From Octopus sinensis (lineage: Eukaryota): a stretch of 64,000 nucleotides of DNA. The notes beneath the pieces are model-generated. The model saw only the letters and a program-made list of their open reading frames with translations, was not told where the DNA came from and made no database searches. Below are positions 54,875 to 64,000 of this stretch, piece by piece (position 1 is the first letter of the stretch; each line of letters begins with the position of its first letter). The DNA lies in the NCBI RefSeq assembly GCF_006345805.1, contig NC_042997.1, positions 6,882,001 through 6,946,000 on the forward strand, in the 5' to 3' direction. The translations under genes were made by a program, and so were the position numbers.

Positions 54875-55320
54875 TGCTTCAGCCAGAAAGCTGCTCCCGT
54901 GCTGTGGCACCACCGTTGAATGAGCTACACTAGTATGTGAAACTACCTCTGATACGTGGCACTTGTTCAACAAGGGAGTTCGAAGCCGCTGCCCGCATCT
55001 GTGTTTCCTGCCGAGAGGTAGGTTCATCTGAAACACCTGACAAGAAGAGATCCAGTTTAATTTTAAAGAAACCCACATCCACGCTATGCAGGTCTCTCAG
55101 GCATTTAGGAGGGATATTTAAGAGTTGTGGTTCCCTGAAACGCAAATGTCTGGTCCTGTATTTTGATGGTGATGTTGGGATCTTTGGCACCATGCAGTAG
55201 TGCCCCGTTCTGCTGCTTCGGTTACTTTCAATGGCAAAATTTTGGACAAGACCCTCCGGATTTTCCAGATGTATATCACTGCATATCTCTCCCGCATTCT
55301 CTCCATATATATGCATAATT
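54875..55320 (-). mobile_element. LINE family A 3' end
   Basis: YAVIYIWKI...HYCMVPKIP...LRDLHSVDVGFFKIKLDLFLSGVSDEPTSRQ; 3'UTR aacggtggtgccacagcacg homologous to 27100-27160. Confidence 0.85.
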
Positions 55321-55331
55321 ATGTGTGTATA

Positions 55332-55365
<34 letters not shown>

Positions 55366-55390
55366 CACAACATATATATATATATATAGT

Positions 55391-55548
55391 TATGCATATA
55401 TATGGAGAGAAGGCGGGAGAGATATGCAGGGATATACATCTGGAAAATCCTGGAGGGACTTGTCCAAAATTTTTCCATTGAAAGTAACCGAAGCAGTAGA
55501 ACGGGGCACTACTGCATGGTGCCAAAGATCCCAACATCAGAACCATCA

Positions 55549-55596
<48 letters not shown>

Positions 55597-55634
55597 CTAC
55601 TGCATGGTGCCAAAGATCCCACATCACCACCATC
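55391..55634 (+). repeat. Inverted duplicate (55391-55547) and further partial copy (55593-55634) of the LINE segment
   Basis: Reverse complement of 55165-55318 with a few substitutions and small indels; separated by (TA)n tracts. Confidence 0.9.
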
Positions 55635-55645
55635 AATATATATAT

Positions 55646-55707
<62 letters not shown>

Positions 55708-55723
55708 CACACATATATATATA

Positions 55724-55755
<32 letters not shown>

Positions 55756-55761
<6 letters not shown>

Positions 55762-55900
55762 TATTAGAGAGTTATCCACTATGTGGATAACTCTAGTGCT
55801 AAAAATAGCTCCGAAGCAACCACAGAAGATCTGTGGTTGCTTCGGAGCTATTTTTAGCACTAGAGTTATCCACATAGTGGATAACTCTCTAATAATTTAT
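55756..55900. repeat. Perfect palindrome (71-bp arms, 3-nt loop) with a nested 12-bp hairpin in each arm
   Basis: Arms 55756-55826 / 55830-55900, loop aga; inner agagttatccac-tat-gtggataactct. Confidence 0.95.
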
Positions 55901-56040
55901 GTATAAAGTTGTATTTTCTCCGTAGTTTTTTGTGCTAAGCCACTTGGTGTTAAATTAATGGTATTATTAAATTAATATCGATTTTTCACCCTCATTTATA
56001 ATTTTATATATATATATATATATAATATATATATATATAT

Positions 56041-58612
56041 CACTTAGAATAACTTAGAAAGGTTTTGGCCAGTATTGGCCCAGGCCATGTCTAACTTAAT
56101 AGCACCACCTGGCGAAGTCTTTCAATTCACGATTTGGGCACCGAGGCCCATTCGAGCACCGAGTTATTTTTTGCGTGGACATATCCGGGTGTGGGTGGTT
56201 TGTTCGGGACTGTTTGAAGGAATTTGTCCAAATACGTCTTGAATTTTTTGTGGTCTGTTTCTGTTTTGACGTGTCCTGGTGTAATGTTGAAGAGAGCGGG
56301 TCCAATTGAGGTGAAATATTTGTGCCGTATTGTCGTTACGTGATGCGATTTAAATTTTTATTGTGGACGGATGGCACGTGGTCCCAGCCTTGGATGTATT
56401 TTGAAGGTGATGCCAACATCATTCGGACAGTGCTGATGGAATATTTTCCACATCATAAGATAACGTAGCGTCCACGGCGTCGTTGGAGTGAATACCGTTT
56501 CAGTTTCTCTAGGCTACCCCAGTAGTCAAGGTCTGACATGCAATCTATCTTTTTTGTGATTGACCTTTGGGGAGCTTCAATTCTCATAATATTTTGTTTT
56601 GCGTAGGGACACCACAGTTGACAGCAGTATTCAAGGAGGGGTCGGGCAAAAGTGGAGAAGAGAAGGATAATGTGTGAGAATCCCTCGACTGGAAGGTTCA
56701 GAGAAAACAGGAAAACATTCTGCGGGCCATGTCAACTTTGCTGCTTATATGTGCAGCCCAACTTATGTTGTTGTCCACTGTTACTCCCAAGTCTCTGATA
56801 TTGTTAGACGCCATGAGAATTTCTCCAGAAGGAAGGGAATATGGGAGTTTCAGAGCGTCCTCCTTTCCAAAGTGGATCAGTTCGAATTTGTCTTCGTTTA
56901 GCAACATGTTGTTCTTTTCCGCCCATCGGACAACAGCCAGTAGGTCTGACTGAAGGCTTCTTCGGTCATCGACGCCATTGATGACCTTCTGGAGCTTGGA
57001 ATCATCAGCGAAGGTTCTGATGTTACTGTGTTTGATGGTGTCAGTAATATCATTAATGTAGATGATGAAGAGAAGTGGGCCCAACACAGTGCCTTGTGGG
57101 ACGCAACTGCTGACTTTGGCTGGGCTGGATTTGACTCCTACGACTACAACATGTTGGGTTCTGTTAGACAGGAAGCGCTTGATCCACTGTAGCAGCTTTC
57201 CAGTGACACCAATGGTGGACAATTTTCTCAAAAGGATCTTATGATCAAACCAGTCAAAGTCCTTGCTGAAATCAAGGTAGACGACATCAGTGTTGGAACC
57301 CTCTCCCAAGGCTCTCAAAATGTCATCAAAATGATGCAGTAGCTGCGTCAGGCAATCTCTTCCTTTACGGAATCCATGGTGGTTGGAGATCAGCCTATTA
57401 TGACTCTCAAGAAAGTGAGTCATATGCGATCTCAGCACTCTCTCAAATACCTTAATGATATGAGAGGTGAGTGACGGTAATTCACGGCAAGCGATTTGTT
57501 TCCTTTTTTGACAACTTGGACAACATACTTGGATAGAAGGTCTTCTGGTATATATCCAGCATCCAGTGAGTTCCGCCACAGATTGGCTAGAGGGGGTGCA
57601 AGTTGGTGTTGACACATCTTCAAGGCACAAGTAGGGAACTTATCGGACCTACTGTTGAATAGTGCTTCATTTCCTTTATTGCTGCTAAGACATCAGGAGC
57701 GCCAAAGAATACGTCCGATAAAGTGTATTGGGGAGTAACATCACTGATACAGCCGAGATCAGTCATACCAGGATTGCTGAAAACAGAGCAATATTGTTTC
57801 TGCAATATCTCTCCCATGGCTTTGGCATTGTCTTGAAGAGTACCGTTTTCATCAATCAGGGGCCAACATTAGAACCAGTGACTCTGTGTTTTTTTACAAA
57901 TGAAAAGAACACTTTGGGATTGAGTTTGATCTTCTCAATGGCCCAGGCCTCTTCAGCTCTTCTCTGACTGTTAATGATAGACATCATGTTGTTTTGGAGT
58001 TTATGTTTTTTAATTTCTAGCGACGAGATGGCAGTCAGGTTGGTGTGTTGCTGTTAACTGTATTTCAGCTTGTTGATTTTTTGTTAATTCTTTTAATTTT
58101 CCTGATGAGAGATTTTCTATTTCTAGGGATTCGACACTTATATTTGTTTGCAGATCTTAATGGGGTGTGTTTTGCACATATGTTCGTAATGGTGTCTACA
58201 AATGACTGCCAGGACTTTTTGATGTTTTTGATGTTAGTGGGTGTGTATGTGTGCGTGAAGGACCAATCGACTTGTGCAAGATCGTTATTGATCGCTTCCC
58301 AGTTTGCATTGTGGAAATCCGTAGTGTCAAATGGATGAACAGGAGGGATGGCATTTGTTTTGCATTTTGGCCGGTGAAATCTCAGATCACAGAGAACCAT
58401 GTCATGATCAGAGAGTAGAGTTTTCTCCACTGCAATATTGTGGAAAATATCAGTGTGATTGCTGAAAATTAAGTCTAAAACGTTTTTGTGACATATCGTT
58501 GGTTCGAGCACCAGTTGGGACAGGAAAAAATCATCCATGAAGTCAAGAAGCGATTCCACTGCCTCCCTGTCAGGGGTTGAGAGAGTAGAACCTGGCGGCA
58601 GACTGTTTGTAG
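56041..58612 (-). mobile_element. CR1/L2-group LINE family B: APE endonuclease C-terminus, RT and 3' end (decayed)
   Basis: LSQLVLEPT...LDLIF...LSDHDMV; QYCSVFS; LAPPLANLWRNSLD; HGFRKGRDCLTQLL...VYLDFSK.FD..DH...VPQGTVLGPLLFIIYIND...FADDSKL...RDLGV; LEYCCQLWCP...YSLQRRR; frameshifts. Confidence 0.93.
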
Positions 58613-58636
58613 ATATATATATGTATGTATATATAT

Positions 58637-58678
<42 letters not shown>

Positions 58679-58681
58679 AAT

Positions 58682-58723
<42 letters not shown>

Positions 58724-58752
58724 CATATATATATATATATAATATATATATA

Positions 58753-58794
<42 letters not shown>

Positions 58795-58836
58795 AGATAT
58801 ATGTATATATATATATGTATATATATGCATATATAT

Positions 58837-58895
<59 letters not shown>

Positions 58896-58955
58896 CATAC
58901 ATATATATAATATATATATATATATGTATGTATGTATGTATGTATGCATGTATGT
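58613..58955. repeat. Interrupted (TA)n/(TATG)n microsatellite joining two LINE fragments
   Basis: Direct inspection. Confidence 0.95.
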
Positions 58956-59917
58956 ATCCTAAGCTATTACAATATCGGGTTCATATCATGGATGTAGAAG
59001 AAGGGGTCTTTGGTACTCGGCAGGGCCGTCCATTTAGAATGTTTTTATAGTTTTAGTTCGGAAATTTGGAGCTAGACCCTTTACTTTTTACCATTTGCAT
59101 AGCACATCATATTCCTCGCGTCAGCTCTCCAGGGATTAGAGTCTCAGTTCCCTCAACCTCTCCCAGTATCCCAAATGTTTTTCTGAGTCTATCTTCTTTG
59201 TGTAGTGATGTTTGATCGCTTCTAGCTCCGCAATTAGCTCTACTCTTTGTTGGGACCACAGTTTGTAGCTGCAGTCCAGACAACTAAGTTAAAATTTGCT
59301 CCAAAGACAAAAGTTTGCGTCGCTGTTCCTGATCCTTGAGTATCTATGTATCCCACCTGTCACCCGTTTGCATAGTGTAGCCCTCAGAGCATGTGCACAC
59401 AGAAAGTTTCGCAGTTGCTCATGTGGATTCGCAGGTTGAGAAGCGACTGTAACACTGTGGTTACAATACTTGCTGGTCCCGTATTCTTCAGCCGTTTTTT
59501 GTTTGTGAGCCGATAGCGGAGTGCTTGAAATTTTGCACCATTGCCCTGCCTATTATTCTCATAAGTCCATTTATATATTGCTTTCAGATCATTCTGCAAT
59601 CTTAGTATTATAGTGGCATCCTTGACTGCCAACGATTATTTTGTATCATCGGCGTAACTAGTGAGTGTGGCTGACTGTGACCTAGGGCATGTCCGAAAGA
59701 TCGACCAGAAACAGTTGTGGTCCCACCTCTGTTACTCGGGTACTCCACGGAGTATTGGTGTCACTTCAGTGAGAAAACCATTTGCTGTCACAGCATGACT
59801 TCTGCCCTTCAGGAAATCATGCAGCGGCTATCCCAGTCTACCTGTAATATCGAGGTGATGCAATATGTGACATATCATCCCATGATCGACTATGTCAAAG
59901 GCCGTAGCAAGGTCTAG
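58956..59917 (-). mobile_element. LINE family A fragment (RT core to C-terminus)
   Basis: LDLATAFDIVDHG...GVP...SYADDTK...LQNDLKAIYKW...GAKFQALRY...WERLRELRL...RYCNSLG; homologous to 25948-27163. Confidence 0.85.
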
Positions 59918-59924
59918 GGTTACG

Positions 59925-59985
59925 GTTCAAATTCCGCCTAGGTGGTCTTTGCTTTTATCCTTTCGGTGTCGATGAATTAAGTAAA
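59925..59985 (+). mobile_element. SINE family 2 fragment
   Basis: gttcaaattccgcctaggtggtctttgcttttatcctttcggtgtcgatgaattaagta. Confidence 0.65.
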
Positions 59986-61882
59986 GTAGAAAAGAATATC
60001 TAAATTTATATGTCATGTACCATTCCATAATCAGTTACGAAATATATTTTAAATATATACGCTAACTTCATACTTTAGATATATCTCGATATTCTGTATA
60101 TATTTAGATATCACACACACACACGTGCATATGTATGTATGCATGTATGTATTCCTTTGTCGTTACTATTTAAAATCATAATCATATATTGTGAACAATT
60201 TCTTCGAATGTCATTACTGCGTGCATCAATTATATTAAAAGTAATATAATAAAGCACGTGTGCATGACAAGTAATTTGCATTTGAGCTACCCCATTCTTA
60301 TTTTCGGTTAAGTAATTTTTCATGGCATTTAGCTGTCCGATAAATTCGCTAGGTTTAACATAGGATATTTTATAAATGTTGTCAGATCCATAAGCAGGCT
60401 ATTATCCAATCTGTTCGATTAACGTTCTGCATAATAATAGATTTAATTGGCGTCCGATCTTTCATTCTTTTGACTTTTCTTCTTCTTGTATTCAGTAGGT
60501 AAATATTATGTGGTATTTCCATATGACATTTGCAGAATATTTCTTTCGCCATGCATTCTATAAACGTTTTTTGTTTCTAAATTTCCTTTCACTCTTACCT
60601 ACACTCGTTAGAGATGTGCAAGTTTTTCGGATGTCAAAACTTATGAAACTACATGACATTTCTGAAATGCTGACGTTATTTTAGGCACTAAATATATTTG
60701 TAATCATTCTGTTTCTCACTGAATCGAACCTAATCTCAATAAATTATATCTTAATAGTGTTTGTGCTATCATATAGTACGTCAAATATGTAAAATTTAGT
60801 CATCCATTATCAAAAGATTATTACGATCAACACAACAGATATTCTTATTTTATCTCTTTCGGAATCAATCATGTATTCGTAGTTTCAGATGGCTCTAGAT
60901 TTTCTCCTTAACAAAATAGATACATGGAATTCGAAATAATTATTTTCTTCTCAATTTTCAAAGTATTTTAGCTTTTACCCGAAGGTCTCAGTATTTTCTA
61001 ATTTATCATAAGTAACACCGGGTTTTTATGGATTTTGCGTGATGTACCAAGAATACGTTGTCGGGTTCTGGGGGCATCATATTATATTAGTGGAAAAATT
61101 TCCATTTTAATTGTAACTATGTATGTTGTTCATCTCCAATATGGTTGCAACTGAGCAGATATATAATGATGTCTGCCTACATATCATCATCTCAAGTGTG
61201 AACGAATATGTTTTCATCTTTTCAAAGCGTAGAGTCGTGAAGGAGAACTTGCTTTTATTATTAGTAGACTGATTGACTCCAAATAATCTCACATTTTGTT
61301 TATATATCTATTGGTAATACAACATAGCTGCTACCACTTCAATGCAAGATATATTATTCCTTACAGTATCTCTGTGCCAACACATACGATAATTTTATGT
61401 AAATATGATAGCTGAGCACTACATAAAGTAAATAACGGGTTTGGCACGATACACTCGTCAGACTGCTGTAACCCAGTGACTACATATAGGTATCTAAATG
61501 CATGTGCTCACGTAAAGATGAATTTTAAACGTAAATGCTTAGCACAGTGATTGACACAGTTAAATCAAATTCTGAAACTTGACCATTTGTAGTATGTGCA
61601 CTGATATAAATTTAAGACAAGAAAATGAATTATATTTCATAATACTAATTCTCGGAGTGATCTGTTTAAAGTTCTCCTGAATATATAAGTTTTATATAAC
61701 ATAACATTTAAGAAATATATTGTGACTGCATAATATTCAGAACTGATTTTTCAAGAAAATACAGCTTCAAATACTGCCTTAATACTGATTTAAACAATTA
61801 ATGGGTACTGCATTTTAGTATTGCATATTATTTCATTCTATATCATTATCTATCTATCTATCTGTCTGTCTATCTATCTTTA

Positions 61883-61918
<36 letters not shown>

Positions 61919-62589
61919 GTATATATATATATATATATGTTTTCTATCTGTATGTCAGCTTACCAGTCTCTCTGATTGTCTGATTGTCTGTCTGTCTGTT
62001 TAACTCTCTCTCTCTAAGTATGTGTGTGTGTGTGTGTATTTGTGTGGGTGTCCCCCCGTCCGCACGTTTACGGACATTTATTTGCCTGAATCTGTGTATA
62101 CAAGCAACATATTTCTTGTTAACCTGGTTACTATTGTGACCAATTAAAGATCACCAAATTTATGTATAATTAAATGTGGGAAGTGTTCGGGAAAGAAATT
62201 CTGGGTAAAGATCTAGAATGAATTTTCTTCTATACTCTCATCCTAACACAGAACTAGAAAAAAGCACTATTGCCCGAAAGAACGGCTTTAAAAGACGATA
62301 TATACGAACGCACCTATAACACTTTCGGCAAAGAATGGACAGACGTAGGAGGTGATTAAAATTAAGTGAAATTAAAGTTGAAGAGTTCTAATTTTAATAC
62401 AATTAAAATTGTCAGGAAAGAGAGAATGTAGTTGAGGAAATATTTTTAAAATAAGAAGTATTATTATTATCATTATTATTTTTTTTGGGGGGATTACTCT
62501 TTGTAATACAGTAGTTAATGCTACAGGCAAGCGTATTAGTATAGATAAAGGCCTCGGTTACTTCCACGAGGAAGCAATATATGGAATCC

Positions 62590-62910
62590 ACGCACTATAC
62601 TTCAATATATCATTTTGCCGAGCCGCTAATTTACGGTGACAAAAGCACTCCAATATCGGTAGTTACGCAGTGGCGTGAGACAATATCAGACGCAACATAA
62701 ACACACACACACACAACAAAACATACATATACACACACATATGCACCCACATTCACACGCTCACATATATAAGATTCCTATTAATTTCACTCATAATGCT
62801 TTAGTCGGCCTGAGGCAAGAGTAAAGGATACCTTCCTCAGGTGCCAAGTAGTAGGACTCAACCAAGAACCTGGTGGTTGAGAAGCAACTCCTTGCCACAT
62901 CACCATGCCT
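62590..62910 (-). mobile_element. SINE family 1, degraded
   Basis: ttttgccgagccgctaa...gctttagtcggcctgagg...aggtgcca...ggactcaacc..gaacc. Confidence 0.65.
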
Positions 62911-63660
62911 CCCTCTATACGGATTTCAAATACATTCTATTACGCAAAAGGATACACGTAGCCAGGGGCATTCACTCAAAAATTTATGATAATTTGACGG
63001 ATACCTATGTTGCCGCTGCTAATAAATTCATCATGTCATTTGTTTCTGGTTTTCATTATAATTCATAGTCAGTTGTGATAATTTATTATGGGTAGCAGTT
63101 TTTGAACTGTTTTTATATTTGTACTACGCTGAAGAACGTCCAACTATGAACTAATAGGGATAATTATAAGACAGATTTTATTCACAACTATATTACTGAT
63201 TAAATCTACTTATTACTAACATAGGCTACTTTCTGAAGTAAAACTCGTCCCACATGCAATGTGCTCTCACAGTGTGCTAGAGGGCGCTGTGTGTCTCACC
63301 TTGAGAACCGCTAATATTAAATTTCCTTGAGAAAAGAGAGAACAGAAAATGAGCGGTTTTATATGACAAGTATTTCCATCTTATTGACTTAGCGAAACTA
63401 ATTCCACAGTACTGGTAAATATACCAAGTGAAATCGGTTAAAGTACATGCACATATACACACTAATAAACAAACATATATAGATATATCTATACATGTAT
63501 ATCTCTCTTTCTTTCTATACTCATGTATATTGTTATAACCATACATGTGTGTGTGGGTTTGTTCATATATATATATATACTAAGTATATTATGCACACAC
63601 AAGCACACACACACACACACACACATAAACACACACACATACACACACATATACACACAC

Positions 63661-63691
<31 letters not shown>

Positions 63692-64000
63692 TAAGAAGTC
63701 AGAAAATTGCGTTCAGTTATATACATGTGGAAATGTCTGTGTCTGCGTGGGTGAATGCTTACCTGTATAACCATGTATATGTGTGCAAATAAAGAGAGAG
63801 AAAAAAGAATAGAAGAGAGATAAGAGAAATGGTGACGGTAAGGGAGATGCCCAATTTGTATGATTCTTTTTTTTTCTATTAAATATGAATTATGCAATAA
63901 AACGTTAAAAAGTGCATGCACTATCTTTATATTTCCTATCGATTTTGTGAACGAGAAGTTTTATATCCAATTATCTCTTGCGTTTTTCCTACATTCAGAA

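Noticed and set aside
55771-55885. TTATCCACA DnaA-box-like sequences in the palindrome
   Set aside because: Eukaryotic context with no bacterial genes; the copies arise from the nested palindrome itself.

Overview
AT-rich, microsatellite-dense eukaryotic DNA, inferred to be cephalopod (Octopus-like) intronic or intergenic sequence from its repeat landscape. No intact protein-coding gene, rRNA, true tRNA gene or CRISPR array can be supported. Most ORFs in the track are translations of (TA)n/(CA)n/(AAT)n or of decayed transposons. The window is a patchwork of: three tRNA-derived SINE families; two CR1/L2-group LINE families (APE+RT); L1/Tx1-like fragments; three R4/Dong-like fragments sitting in (TAA)n; two back-to-back mariner transposase remnants; a non-autonomous Helitron; MITEs; and three distinct Penelope-like element (PLE) GIY-YIG fragments. 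The most interesting signals are: (1) five short, (TA)n-anchored repeats carrying minimal type-I hammerhead ribozyme motifs with compensatory stem changes, one fully intact at 47671-47705 and two sharing an A6U core variant; (2) a tRNA-like Pol III head plus hammerhead module directly 3' of a PLE ORF; (3) several fold-back/palindromic structures at (TA)n tracts, including a perfect nested 71-bp hairpin. Candidate small host exons exist on both strands but cannot be distinguished from chance.
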